Source: Verrucomicrobiaceae bacterium
GTDB taxonomy: Bacteria > Verrucomicrobiota > Verrucomicrobiia > Verrucomicrobiales > Akkermansiaceae
Length of the DNA: 64,000 bases
Assembly: GCA_051252135.1 (NCBI GenBank)
Contig: JBPOGH010000008.1
Location: forward strand, 160,001-224,000
Direction: 5' to 3'
Below, in pieces: positions 46,693-57,076 of this stretch. How positions within the stretch are numbered: the stretch's first letter is position 1; each line of letters begins with the position of its first letter. A program made the translations under genes and the position numbers. The notes under the pieces are model-generated. The model made no database searches. It had not been told where the DNA came from and saw only the letters and a program-made list of their open reading frames with translations.

Positions 46693-49600
46693 ATGAATGC
46701 TATCTCTAATCGAACGATTCTGTTGTTTTTGTTTTTGATTTTTCCGCTGCAAGGAGAGGTCGTTATTTCCGAGTTTATGGCCTCCAACCGGGCGACATTG
46801 GCCGATGAGGATGGTGATTTCAGTGATTGGATCGAGCTGGAGAATATCGGTGAGGGGGTGGTGAATTTGACGGGGTGGCAATTGACGGACAAGGCGGGTG
46901 ATCCGGGATCACGGTGGGTTTTACCGACGCGGTTTCTTGCGCCGGGCGGGCGATTGGTGCTGTTTGCATCGGGTAAGGACCGGAAGCCGGCATCGGCGGC
47001 GGGTGAGTTGCACACGAACTTTCAGCTTTCGTCGGGAGGCGAGTATCTTGCGTTGATTGAGGCGGACGGGGTGACGGTGGCGTCGGCATTTGATCCGGCC
47101 TATCCACCGCAGGAGGAGGATGTTTCGTATGGTCGTGGAGCATTGACTCTGGCGACCGAGGAGCTGGTGAAGGAAGGAGATGCGGGGAAGTTGCAGGTGG
47201 TGGTGAATGATGGGGCGGGTAGTATGTGGCGTGGGGGGAACGAGCCGTTTGATGACAGTGGTTGGTTGACGGTGAAGACGGGGGTGGGTTTTGATCAGGG
47301 TGGCGGGCCTTCGGGGTTTGAGTTGGTGGAGAATTTTGACGGGTTGAATGCGGGGGCTTTGGACGGGCAGGGGGGGTGGTCGGCTTCAGCGGCGACGGTG
47401 ACGGTGGCGAACGATCCGGCAAATGTGGAGAATCAGGTGATGTCGCAGGCCGGGGACAACGTCCGGGCATTCAAGGGGATATCGATTCCCCAGGGAGAGA
47501 CCGCGACCGTGTTTTATCGGATTCGGCGGGAGGGGATCATTGATGCGTCGATTGGGACGTCGGATGTGGTCACGCCGGGAACGGCTTATTCGGACTTTGA
47601 GACCCAGCTGAACAATCAGAAGAATGATATCTGGAATGTGCGGGATGCGGGAGGGTTTACGGCGGTGGATACTTTTGCGGACAACACGTGGTATGAAGTG
47701 TGGATGGTGATCGATAATGCGTCCGATACGTATGAGGTGCATATGAAGGGCGGGGCTTTGACGGAGCGGACGCAATTGGATGCGGGAGCGCAGACGGTGT
47801 TTGGATTTCGGAACGGAAGTGCGACAAACGCGATCGAGAACTTTTTCGCGCGGACGGGAAACGGAACGACGGGGGCGATGCTGATTGATGATATCTATTT
47901 GGCGACCGGCGAGAATTTGGCGAATCCGGCCAATGGTTTGGGCTTGAGTGATTTCATTGATGCCGAGGGTGGGATTGAGACGGAGATGGCCGGAGTGGCT
48001 GCGGGGGCGTATTTGAGGATACCTTTTGAAACGGGGAATTTGGACGGGGTGGGATCGTTGATTCTGCGGATGCGTTATGACGACGGCTTTGTGGCTTATT
48101 TGAACGGGGTGGAGATTGAAGCGCGGAATGCGCCGGCGTCTGTGGCCTGGAATTCGACTGCGTTGACGGAGCGATCCGCCCAGGATGTGGTGAATTTTGT
48201 GGAGATTGATGTGACGGCGTTTGCGGACCTGTTGGTGCCGGGTGGGACGAATGTGTTGGCGATTCACGGGTTGAATCTGACCGCTGCGGACGGTGATTTT
48301 TTGATCACTCCCGAGCTGGTGGGAGTGGCGGCGAGTCCGACGGCGGAGAAATTGTATTTCACGTCTCCGACACCGGGCTTGGCGAATGGGTCCGGCTTTT
48401 TGGGATTTGTGGGAGATACGCAGTTTTCGGTGGACCGGGGATTTTATGATACGCCGATTGAGTTGGTGATTTCCGCGACGTTGGAGGGATCGACGATCAT
48501 TTACACGACGGATGGATCGATGCCGGGTGCGACGAACGGAACGTCGGTGGCGGCACCGGCGACTCTGAGCATCAGTGAGACGACTCCGTTGCGGGCGGTG
48601 GCGGTGAAGGATGGTTACGTTTCCACCAATGTGGATACGCACACTTATATTTTCCCGACGGACGTGATTGTGCAGGGGAATTCTCCGGAGGGGTATCCCG
48701 CGGTGTGGAAGGGTGATAACGGGAACGGAACGGAGACGGCGGATTACGAGATGGATTCCGAAGTGACGCAGAGTGCGACTTATGGGCCGTTTATCAAGGA
48801 TGCGCTGTTGGCGATCCCGACGATTTCATTGGTGACGGAGAAGGGGAACCTTTTCGATCCGGCGACGGGGATTTACCAGAATCCGCAGCAGAGCGGGAGT
48901 GTGTGGGAGAGGCCGGTTTCCTTTGAGGTGATTCACCCGAACGGGGAACGGCAGGGGATTCAGGTGGATGCGGGAATCCGAATTCAGGGTGGGCATACGC
49001 GACTTCCCTCGAAGAATCCGAAGCACTCGTTTCGGGTATCCTTTAAGCGGGAGTTTGGTCCGACGAAGCTGAATTATGATTTGTTCCCGGATGATCCGGA
49101 TGCGGCGAAGGAGTTTGACCAGTTGATTCTGCGTGGAGCGGGCAACCAGTCGTGGCTGCACCACAATACCTTCAAGGGAGACAACCGCGGGCGGGCGCAG
49201 TATATCCGGGACCAGTGGGCGAAGGATGTGCAGCTGGCGATGGGGCATCCGGCAACGAGGTCGATGTATGCGCATCTTTACATCAACGGGATTTATTGGG
49301 GGATGTATAATCCGACGGAGCGCGGGACGGCCGGGTTTGGTGAGTCCTATCTGGGTGGAACGAAAGAGGATTATGATGCGTTGAACAGCGGTGAAGCGAT
49401 CGACGGAGATGCAGCGCGGGCGAATTACCAGGCGATGATCACTCTGGCGAACGGAGGATTGGCCGATCCGGTGAGGTATGCGGAGATGGCCGAGATGCTC
49501 GATCTGGAGGCGTTTACGGATTACATGATCATCCAGCAGTATGGCGGTAATCTGGATTGGGATCACCACAACTGGTATGTGATCCGGAACCGGAATGGCG

Positions 49601-51672
49601 GGAAGTGGTATTTCCTGAGTTGGGACAGTGAGTTTATCTTCATTGATACGACGGACAATGTGTTGTCGCTTGATAATGCGGACGATCCGTCGCGGATTTG
49701 GCGTCGCTTGCTGGCGAACGATGAATATCGGGTGTTGTTTGCGGATCGGGTGCAGAAGCATTTGATGAACAATGGTCTGCTGACTCCGGACGCGGTGACG
49801 ACGATGTGGGATGTGCGCAAGGACGAGATGTTTGAGGCGATCATTGGAGAATCGGCACGGTGGGGAGACTACCGACGCGATGTGGATCCGGTGGGTGGTC
49901 CCAGCCCGATTCCGTTGTATGACCGGGATGAGGAGTGGACGGTGGAGCGGAACCGTCTCTTCGGGAGTTATTTCCCGGTGAGGACGGACAATGTGATCTC
50001 GCAGTATCGGGCGGCGGGTTATTTGCCCTCGCTGGAGGCTCCTGGATTTAATGTCTATGGCGGCCGGGTGGCGGCGGGGCATCCGCTGGAGATGACGAGT
50101 GTCGACGGGGAGACGATTTATTATACGACGGATGGAAGTGATCCGCGGGTTCCGGCGATGGTCAACACGGTGGAGCTGATTGGGGAAGGGGGAGCGATGC
50201 GGGTTTTTGTTCCTCTGGACAATGCGTTGGGTTCGACCTGGCGTGGTGGGAGCGAGCCGTTTGACGACAGTGGCTGGAGGACCGGAACGTCGGTGGGGTA
50301 CGAAAATTCCCCGAGTAATTACGCCGGATTGTATGACATCAATGTGAGAGATGAGATGCGCGGAAAGAGTCCATCCTGCCTGGTGCGGATGAGCTTTACG
50401 ATTCCGGATCAAGCGACGCTGGATGCGATCCAGGAACTGACTCTGGGGGTGCGTTATGATGACGGTTTTGTCGCCTTCATTAACGGGGTGGAAGTGGCAC
50501 AAGACAATGCGCCCGGCGTCCTGAATTGGGATGAGACGGGATCGAGCCATGACGAAGTGCTGGCTGTGCTTTATGAGCCTTTTAGCCTGGGCTCTACGGG
50601 GATTTCCGCGCTGAAGGTGGGTGCGAACGTGCTGGCGATGCACGGGTTCAATGCGACTACGGGCTCGAGTGACTTTTTGCTCGATGCGACGCTTGCGACG
50701 GTTCTGGGGTCAGATGTGGCAATCAGTCCGAGTGCGGTGGTCTATGGGGGGACGGTGCCGATCAACGATCCGACTTTGGTGCGGGCGCGGGTGTATGATG
50801 GGAGCAGTTGGTCCGCTCTAACAGAAGCGGTATTTTACACGGGCGTCCCGGCGGATGCGACGAATCTGGTGATCTCCGAGATCATGTATAATCCGGATGG
50901 TTCCGATGAAACGGAGTTTATCGAATTCCAGAATATCGGGACCGAGGTGATTGATTTGAGCGGGGTGCGGTTTAGCGAAGGGCTGGACTTTGAGTTTCCG
51001 CTGGGGACCTCACTGGCTCCGGGTGGTTGGGTCTTGGCGGTGCGGAACCGGGTGGCGTTTGAGGCCCTTTATGGGCCGGGTCTTCCGATTGCGGGAGAGT
51101 TTTTGAACGACAATGTGCTCGATAACAGTGGGGATCGTCTCACGATGTTGGGAGCGGATGGTGCGGTGATCCGGACGATGCGTTACAATGATCAAGCGCC
51201 TTGGCCGGTAGCTGCGGATGGAGATGGATTCAGTTTGGTGCTGGTGAATGCGAGCGCGAATCCGGACCATGCCTTGCCGGAGAGCTGGCGTGCGAGTGTG
51301 GTGAGCGGCGGGACTCCGGGAGGACCTGACGGGGCGACCTTCACGGGAGTGGCGAGTGCCGATGATGATGGGGACGGGGTGTCCGCGTTGCTGGAATTCG
51401 TTTTCGGAACCTCGGATGCGGTTGCGGGAGATGCGGGGAATGTGATGGGATTTGAAGCTGGAAGCAGTTTCCGATTGCGCCGCCGGGCCGGGGTGACGGG
51501 GGTGACTGTGGTGATCGAGACCTCGACGAACCTATCCGATTGGGTGGCGGCAGAAGGGATGCTGCAGTTGGTCAACGAAGTGAATGTGGAACCGGGGGTG
51601 GTGGAAGAGCAATATCAATGGGTGGGTAACGAGCCCCGGGCATTTGTGCGGGTGAAGGCGACTCAGGATTGA
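46693..51672 (+). CDS. Large secreted lamin-tail/CotH kinase/chitobiase-FN3 multidomain protein
   Basis: Two LTD domains (VISEFMA, VISEIMY); CotH motifs (YWGMY..ER, NLDW..HN, WDSE); YTTDGS twice. Confidence 0.92.
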   Translation: MNAISNRTILLFLFLIFPLQGEVVISEFMASNRATLADEDGDFSDWIELENIGEGVVNLTGWQLTDKAGDPGSRWVLPTRFLAPGGRLVLFASGKDRKPASAAGELHTNFQLSSGGEYLALIEADGVTVASAFDPAYPPQEEDVSYGRGALTLATEELVKEGDAGKLQVVVNDGAGSMWRGGNEPFDDSGWLTVKTGVGFDQGGGPSGFELVENFDGLNAGALDGQGGWSASAATVTVANDPANVENQVMSQAGDNVRAFKGISIPQGETATVFYRIRREGIIDASIGTSDVVTPGTAYSDFETQLNNQKNDIWNVRDAGGFTAVDTFADNTWYEVWMVIDNASDTYEVHMKGGALTERTQLDAGAQTVFGFRNGSATNAIENFFARTGNGTTGAMLIDDIYLATGENLANPANGLGLSDFIDAEGGIETEMAGVAAGAYLRIPFETGNLDGVGSLILRMRYDDGFVAYLNGVEIEARNAPASVAWNSTALTERSAQDVVNFVEIDVTAFADLLVPGGTNVLAIHGLNLTAADGDFLITPELVGVAASPTAEKLYFTSPTPGLANGSGFLGFVGDTQFSVDRGFYDTPIELVISATLEGSTIIYTTDGSMPGATNGTSVAAPATLSISETTPLRAVAVKDGYVSTNVDTHTYIFPTDVIVQGNSPEGYPAVWKGDNGNGTETADYEMDSEVTQSATYGPFIKDALLAIPTISLVTEKGNLFDPATGIYQNPQQSGSVWERPVSFEVIHPNGERQGIQVDAGIRIQGGHTRLPSKNPKHSFRVSFKREFGPTKLNYDLFPDDPDAAKEFDQLILRGAGNQSWLHHNTFKGDNRGRAQYIRDQWAKDVQLAMGHPATRSMYAHLYINGIYWGMYNPTERGTAGFGESYLGGTKEDYDALNSGEAIDGDAARANYQAMITLANGGLADPVRYAEMAEMLDLEAFTDYMIIQQYGGNLDWDHHNWYVIRNRNGGKWYFLSWDSEFIFIDTTDNVLSLDNADDPSRIWRRLLANDEYRVLFADRVQKHLMNNGLLTPDAVTTMWDVRKDEMFEAIIGESARWGDYRRDVDPVGGPSPIPLYDRDEEWTVERNRLFGSYFPVRTDNVISQYRAAGYLPSLEAPGFNVYGGRVAAGHPLEMTSVDGETIYYTTDGSDPRVPAMVNTVELIGEGGAMRVFVPLDNALGSTWRGGSEPFDDSGWRTGTSVGYENSPSNYAGLYDINVRDEMRGKSPSCLVRMSFTIPDQATLDAIQELTLGVRYDDGFVAFINGVEVAQDNAPGVLNWDETGSSHDEVLAVLYEPFSLGSTGISALKVGANVLAMHGFNATTGSSDFLLDATLATVLGSDVAISPSAVVYGGTVPINDPTLVRARVYDGSSWSALTEAVFYTGVPADATNLVISEIMYNPDGSDETEFIEFQNIGTEVIDLSGVRFSEGLDFEFPLGTSLAPGGWVLAVRNRVAFEALYGPGLPIAGEFLNDNVLDNSGDRLTMLGADGAVIRTMRYNDQAPWPVAADGDGFSLVLVNASANPDHALPESWRASVVSGGTPGGPDGATFTGVASADDDGDGVSALLEFVFGTSDAVAGDAGNVMGFEAGSSFRLRRRAGVTGVTVVIETSTNLSDWVAAEGMLQLVNEVNVEPGVVEEQYQWVGNEPRAFVRVKATQD

Positions 51673-51710
51673 TGAGGGAGCGGCGGATTGCGCCGCAGGA
51701 TGTTCAAAGA

Positions 51711-51746
51711 AAAACGGCTTGTTGATGTGGATCAACAAGCCGTTTT
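51711..51746. terminator. Bidirectional terminator between convergent genes
   Basis: Perfect 16-bp stem AAAACGGCTTGTTGAT-GTGG-ATCAACAAGCCGTTTT. Confidence 0.85.
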
Positions 51747-51767
51747 GCGTTGAAAGAGGGAGATGGA

Positions 51768-53690
51768 CTATGGCTTTTCGATCCGGAAGAAGCCCTGGGG
51801 GTTTGTGAGGGCTGTGGCGGGAACGGAGAAGGTGTCGCCGTCATCAAGGATGGCATCGGTCACTTCGGTGAAGGGGGAGTTGAGGTTATCCGAGGTGGTG
51901 AGGATGTAGTTTTCTCCGGCCGGGCTGAAGGAGATGAGGAGGTCGCCGTTTGGCAGGAGTTCGGTGGAGGTGATGGTGATGTCTCCGGTGTTGCCTTTGG
52001 AGGGGGCGGGGGTGGAGAGGTTCGCGGAAGTGGGATCGAGGTAGATGTTATCGACCAAGACGTGGGAGAGGGCTTCTCCACCGAGAGCGGTGATGAGGAG
52101 GATGCTGGAGAGGTGTTCGGTGGTGCCGTTCCGGAAGTTGAAGGGGTCGATGCCGCCGTCGTCGGTGATTTCGATTTGTCCGGTTTCGCCGTCGGGTGAC
52201 TCGACGTAGACCTTGAGTTGGTCGGAAGCGTTATCCGCGACGATCCAGACGTTCATCCAGGTGTCGATGGCGTAGGTGGCCTGATCGCGGAAGGCGCCGG
52301 CATCACGGGCGCGGAGGATGTTGTCCCGAAAGATAACGGTTTGTGCTTCGAAATCCCCGAAGGCGGAGGGTGAGAGGGCGTCGCTGAGGCCGATGCTGTT
52401 GTCGACATTTCCGCTGGAGGCAGAGATTTGGAAGAAGAGGGTTCCGGTGGCGCCCTCGCGGACCTGGAGGCCGAGTTCATTGAGTTTTTTGGAAATGGCG
52501 TTGGTGGCGGTCATGCCCTCGAGGCGTTCGAGGCGTCCGACTTGGTCAGTGGAGCCTTCTTCGGTCGTGACGGAGATGGCTTCGGGGACGTTGGCGGTCC
52601 ATCCGTTGATGCCGTTGAAGGTTTGGCCGACGGTCATTCCTTCGCCTTCGAAGTTTTCGATGAGTTGAAAGCCGGAGGGTTGGGCAGGAACGCTGAGCGG
52701 GTCGTTCGGATCGGATGATGCGGCGCCCTCGATGGCGTCGTCGAAGCCATCGCCATCCGAGTCGGCCTCGCGGGGGTTGGTGGGGGCGTTGTTGAAGGGG
52801 TTTGCGGAGCCGGCGAGCTCGACGTCATCATCGATGGTGTCGCCATCGGTGTCCTTGAGGGTGGGGTTTGTGCTTTCCTGGAATTCCTGGAGATCGGTGA
52901 GGTTGTCATTATCGAAATCTCCGGTGCCGTCGCGCGAGGTGTCGCCGAAGAAGGCTTCTTCCCAGAGGTCATTCATGCCGTCGCCGTCAGCGTCACCTTC
53001 ATCGGCGAAGGGGTGGGTGAGGTTTTCGCCGGAGAGATCGAGGTAGATGTCATCGAGGTATCCGGTGGTTCCGGCGCGGTTGTTGATGGCGAGGAGGGTG
53101 ATCAGGCCGTCCGTGGTGCCATTTCGGAATGCGCCACCGGTGAAGGAAGTGGTTCCGGCGGAGGTGGCGGCAACGGGGATGGTGTTGAAGTAGACGTCGG
53201 TGGTGTCGGCGGTGTTGTTGAGGACGAGCCAGATGTTGATCCAGACATCGGGTTCGGCGCCGCCCACTTCGGTGAATCCGCCTCCGTTGCGGACGTCGAT
53301 GTCTATGTCATTGGCGGTGCCTCCGTCGGCGAGGCGGATGTAGCCTTCGAAGTCACCCCAGATGGTGGGAGCGGTGAGGTCGGAAGAGCCGACGACCCAA
53401 TCGACGAGTCCGTCGGGGGCGGTGGCGCGGATGCGGAAGAAGAGGGTGGCGGTGGAGCCCTCGGAGATGGGGGTGGGGAGGGTGTAATGGTTAGGAACGC
53501 GGGGAGCGGCGTGTGTGCAGCTGAAGACCTTGTTTGCGGGGTCTGCGGGGTCGGCGACGATGAGGCTGTCACCGTTGAGAGTGCCTTCGCCTTGCCAGTT
53601 GCTGGTGGGGCCTTCCATGTCATCGACGAGGGTCCATTGGGCGTGGAGGAGGGGGCTGGAGAGAGCGAGAATGAGAGAGGTGGTTTTCAT
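51768..53690 (-). CDS. Secreted protein with two lectin/LamG-like repeats flanking TSP3-like Ca-binding repeats
   Basis: Signal peptide MKTTSLIL...; DxDGDG repeats; internal duplication. Confidence 0.85.
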   Translation of the reverse strand: MKTTSLILALSSPLLHAQWTLVDDMEGPTSNWQGEGTLNGDSLIVADPADPANKVFSCTHAAPRVPNHYTLPTPISEGSTATLFFRIRATAPDGLVDWVVGSSDLTAPTIWGDFEGYIRLADGGTANDIDIDVRNGGGFTEVGGAEPDVWINIWLVLNNTADTTDVYFNTIPVAATSAGTTSFTGGAFRNGTTDGLITLLAINNRAGTTGYLDDIYLDLSGENLTHPFADEGDADGDGMNDLWEEAFFGDTSRDGTGDFDNDNLTDLQEFQESTNPTLKDTDGDTIDDDVELAGSANPFNNAPTNPREADSDGDGFDDAIEGAASSDPNDPLSVPAQPSGFQLIENFEGEGMTVGQTFNGINGWTANVPEAISVTTEEGSTDQVGRLERLEGMTATNAISKKLNELGLQVREGATGTLFFQISASSGNVDNSIGLSDALSPSAFGDFEAQTVIFRDNILRARDAGAFRDQATYAIDTWMNVWIVADNASDQLKVYVESPDGETGQIEITDDGGIDPFNFRNGTTEHLSSILLITALGGEALSHVLVDNIYLDPTSANLSTPAPSKGNTGDITITSTELLPNGDLLISFSPAGENYILTTSDNLNSPFTEVTDAILDDGDTFSVPATALTNPQGFFRIEKP

Positions 53691-53695
53691 GATTG

Positions 53696-53723
53696 GTTGC
53701 ATGCAACAACGGGTTGTTGCATG
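53696..53723. promoter_or_regulatory. Nested palindromes, candidate operator
   Basis: GTTGCATGCAAC overlapping CATGCAACAAC-GG-GTTGTTGCATG. Confidence 0.6.
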
Positions 53724-53794
53724 TTATAACGTTTCTTAAAGACTAGGAAAAGTCAAAAGAGGGTTGTGACGCACTCCTTTTGGTGAAATTGGTG

Positions 53795-56700
53795 TTATTG
53801 GCAGTCTGCTTTGGCGCGGAGGAAGGCTTTGATTTGGCTGGAGATTGGGTCGGGGTAGCGGTGGGTGGCCCAGATGTATCCGGCGGGGGGAGCGGGGAGG
53901 CTGAGCGGGTTGAAGGTAGGGATGGCAGGGGTGGTCCAATCCGCGATGTCCGCGGAGGACTCGCCGGAGTAGTGGATGCCGTCGGCCTCATAAGATCCTC
54001 CAAATTTCACGAGGCCTCCGTCGCGGCGGAGGTAACTTTGAATGAGCCAGGTATCGCCATCGCTGGTGCGGGTGCCGAGGCGGCGGGTGGGGATGGAGCT
54101 TGGATCGAGGGGGTCGCTGCCGAAGGCGAACTCGAGTCGGGAGGAGAAGCCGTCCTCATCGAGATCGATGTCCGGAAGGGTGTCCTGCCCGTTGAGGCCC
54201 TGGTTTTGGGCCCAGGAGTCGAACTCCGGCCAGTCGCGGAGGTTGATCCACGGGTTGACGCGGTAGAGCTTATCGCTGTCGTCGAGGAAAGTGAGGGTGA
54301 GCGGGATGGCACCTTGGCCGAGTTCGGCGAGGTCTTGGGCGGTGATGACGGGTGGGTTGCCGGAGAGGAAGGTTCCGTTGAGGGACCATTTGATATCATG
54401 GATGGGGCCGATTTCAGAGGGGAGAAAGGGGGCGGGATCGAGAGTGAGATCCGCAGCGGTGGTGGCGGCGATGGGGTCGAAATTGAGGATATGCGGTGGG
54501 GTGGAACCGGTGGGACGGGGGTCGGAGATGGTGAGGTTTGCGGAGAAGAGGTGGTCCTGCACTTCGCCATCCGGGGCTTCTCCGTTGGCGTCGAGGGTGC
54601 TGTCGCTGCTGATGCGGAAGCGGAGGGCGAAGGTCTCGGTCCAGGTGAGTTCACCGGTCCAGGGGATGGTGACGGTGAAGGACATGGACACGCTGGGGAC
54701 CGAGTCATCACCCGGGATGATGAGGGTCAACTTTTCGCCGGGGTCATCGAAGTCGCCATCGCGGTTGCCATCGATAAAGCCGTAGAAGGTGGCGTTGTTT
54801 CCGGTGACATTCCGGACAGCCTGGCTGGTGCCGATGACGAGAGTGAGGGTGGAGTGCTCGATGGGGGAGGCGGCATTGAAGGATTGGGAGATGATGGCGG
54901 TGAGGAGGTTGAGGTCGTCGTTATTTCCATCGGTGTCGTCGCCATCAGCCGTGGCGGTGGGTTGTCCATCGAGTTCGGCGTCGACGTTTGAGTCGGTGGA
55001 GGTGGAGTCGTTTTCGATGGTGAGATTAGGGGTGACGAGGTGGCGGGGGCCGTTGTCGACGAGGCGGGTTCGGTAGTCCGGGAGGGTGGTGCCGGTGTCG
55101 AAATTTCCGGCAGAGGATCCGTGGCAGGAATCGGGGAGGTCGCCGAAGTCCATGGTGGGTTCGACGATGGGGCAGGGATCGGCAATGGTGAGATTGATGG
55201 TGACGAGGTCATCCTGGACTTCGCCATTTGGGGCGTAGCCGGTGGCGGTGACGGAGGGGTCGGTGGTGAGGCGGCTGCGGACGGCCCAGATTTCCGTCCA
55301 GCTGGTCAGGCCCTGCCAGGGGAAGATGTTGGAGACGACGACATTGACATTACCGGTGGTTCCGGCGGCGATGATTTGTGACCAGGACTCGTTGGTGTCG
55401 AGGAAATCGCCGTCGTGATTCCAGTCGATGAAGGTGTGGAGGGTGGCGTCGACGGCGAGGTCGTTTTTGAAGGCGTGATTGAGGGTGATTTCGAGGTCGA
55501 TTTCGACATCGCTGCAATCCGGAGCGCCGCCGCTGGTGACGGAGAGATTGGAGACGAGATGGAGGAGTTCGAGTTCGTCGTTGTCACCAGTGGAGTCATC
55601 TCCGGTGGCGTCGGGTGATTGATGGGCGTCGGTCTCGGCGTCGACATCGGCATCGCCGGAGCCGGTGTCATTTAAGAAAACGAGGTCCGGGGTGATGAGG
55701 TGGCGGGGGCCGTTGTCGGCGAGGGTGGTTTGGAAGTCGGGGATGGCGGAGATGAAGTCGCCGGCGGTGGTTCCTGAGGAGGTGTCGGGGAGGTCACCGA
55801 AATCGAGTGCGGGGAGGACGGTGAGGAGGTAGTCCTCGACTTCGCCATCGGGGGCGAGGCCGGTGGGTGCGATGAATTCGAGTGAGGTGAAGCGGAGGCG
55901 GGCGGGGATGTCGGTGGTGTAGGCGAGGCCGGTGGGGACGGGGACGTTGAGAGCGACGGCAAGGGAGGCGGATCCGGAGGGGATTTTGAGTTTTTGATAC
56001 TCGTTGGTGTCGAGGAAGTCGCCATCGTGGTTCCAGTCGAAGAAGCCGTGGAGCCAGGCGTCATTGGTGAGTTGGTTGGTCGCTTTGTGGCTGAAGGCGA
56101 CGGTGGTTCCGGCCTGGATGGCGGTGAGGGGGCCGAAGTCTTCTTCGTCATCGGAGCCAGCGGTGTCATCGCCGAGGGCGGAGGCGTGGGGTTGGCCGTC
56201 GGCTTCGATATCCGGAGCGGAGCCGCCGAGGAACAAAGCGGTGTTGATGGCGTGGCGGGCGCCGTTATCAGCGAGGGTGGTGGGGTAGGCGGGAGAAGCG
56301 CCGACGGAGCTATCGGGGAGGTCGCCGAAGTCGAGATCGGGAGGGGAGATGGTGATCATGAGGTCCTCGACTTCGCCATCGGGCGCGGGATCGTTGGGGT
56401 CGACGGCGAGGGTGGAGAGCCGGAAGCGTGCTCCGGTATCGGTGGTGGTGATTGCGGTGGTGGGGACGTTGAAGGATACGGGGATGGTGACTCCGATGGT
56501 GCCGGAGGGAATGGTGATGACATTGGACTCGAGGCCTCCGATGAAGGCGCCGTCGCCATTCCAGTCGATGAAGGCGTGGAGGTAGGCGGGAGCGGTTTTT
56601 TGGTTGGTGACTTTCACCTGGAAGGTCACGGAAGTTCCGGCCTTGATGGTGGCGGGTGGGGTGACTCCGTCCTCGTCATCAGGGCCGCCGCTGAGATCGT

Positions 56701-56956
56701 CGCCATCTGCGGTGGCGGAGGGGAAGCCGTCGCCGTCGTTATCGATGAGGGTGCCGAGGAAGATTTGGGAATCGATGAGGTGCCAGGGGCCGCCGTCGGC
56801 GATTTTTGTTTTGTAGGTAATGGGAGCACCGGGGGTGCCGGGGTTGGGGAGGTCTCCGAAGTCGGCGGGGCCGGAGGGGTTTTGGGCGAGGGCCACGAGA
56901 GGGACGAAAAGGGTGGTGACGAAAGCGGCATTTTTGAGATTCCCCGTGATGATCAT
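53795..56956 (-). CDS. Secreted GEVED-repeat protein, four repeats
   Basis: Four units running DFGDLP...FIDWN.DGDF...GEVED/GEVQD. Confidence 0.9.
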   Translation of the reverse strand: MIITGNLKNAAFVTTLFVPLVALAQNPSGPADFGDLPNPGTPGAPITYKTKIADGGPWHLIDSQIFLGTLIDNDGDGFPSATADGDDLSGGPDDEDGVTPPATIKAGTSVTFQVKVTNQKTAPAYLHAFIDWNGDGAFIGGLESNVITIPSGTIGVTIPVSFNVPTTAITTTDTGARFRLSTLAVDPNDPAPDGEVEDLMITISPPDLDFGDLPDSSVGASPAYPTTLADNGARHAINTALFLGGSAPDIEADGQPHASALGDDTAGSDDEEDFGPLTAIQAGTTVAFSHKATNQLTNDAWLHGFFDWNHDGDFLDTNEYQKLKIPSGSASLAVALNVPVPTGLAYTTDIPARLRFTSLEFIAPTGLAPDGEVEDYLLTVLPALDFGDLPDTSSGTTAGDFISAIPDFQTTLADNGPRHLITPDLVFLNDTGSGDADVDAETDAHQSPDATGDDSTGDNDELELLHLVSNLSVTSGGAPDCSDVEIDLEITLNHAFKNDLAVDATLHTFIDWNHDGDFLDTNESWSQIIAAGTTGNVNVVVSNIFPWQGLTSWTEIWAVRSRLTTDPSVTATGYAPNGEVQDDLVTINLTIADPCPIVEPTMDFGDLPDSCHGSSAGNFDTGTTLPDYRTRLVDNGPRHLVTPNLTIENDSTSTDSNVDAELDGQPTATADGDDTDGNNDDLNLLTAIISQSFNAASPIEHSTLTLVIGTSQAVRNVTGNNATFYGFIDGNRDGDFDDPGEKLTLIIPGDDSVPSVSMSFTVTIPWTGELTWTETFALRFRISSDSTLDANGEAPDGEVQDHLFSANLTISDPRPTGSTPPHILNFDPIAATTAADLTLDPAPFLPSEIGPIHDIKWSLNGTFLSGNPPVITAQDLAELGQGAIPLTLTFLDDSDKLYRVNPWINLRDWPEFDSWAQNQGLNGQDTLPDIDLDEDGFSSRLEFAFGSDPLDPSSIPTRRLGTRTSDGDTWLIQSYLRRDGGLVKFGGSYEADGIHYSGESSADIADWTTPAIPTFNPLSLPAPPAGYIWATHRYPDPISSQIKAFLRAKADCQ

Positions 56957-57076
56957 GGCGATCTAACAGACAGGACAAGGGTATCGATTGTCAAGGATGG
57001 GGGGAGCTTAATGTTCAAGCGACCCAAGTAGGGAGGGCTTGTTATCCTTCAGTTGGAGGGGTTAACTTTTTCCGTG

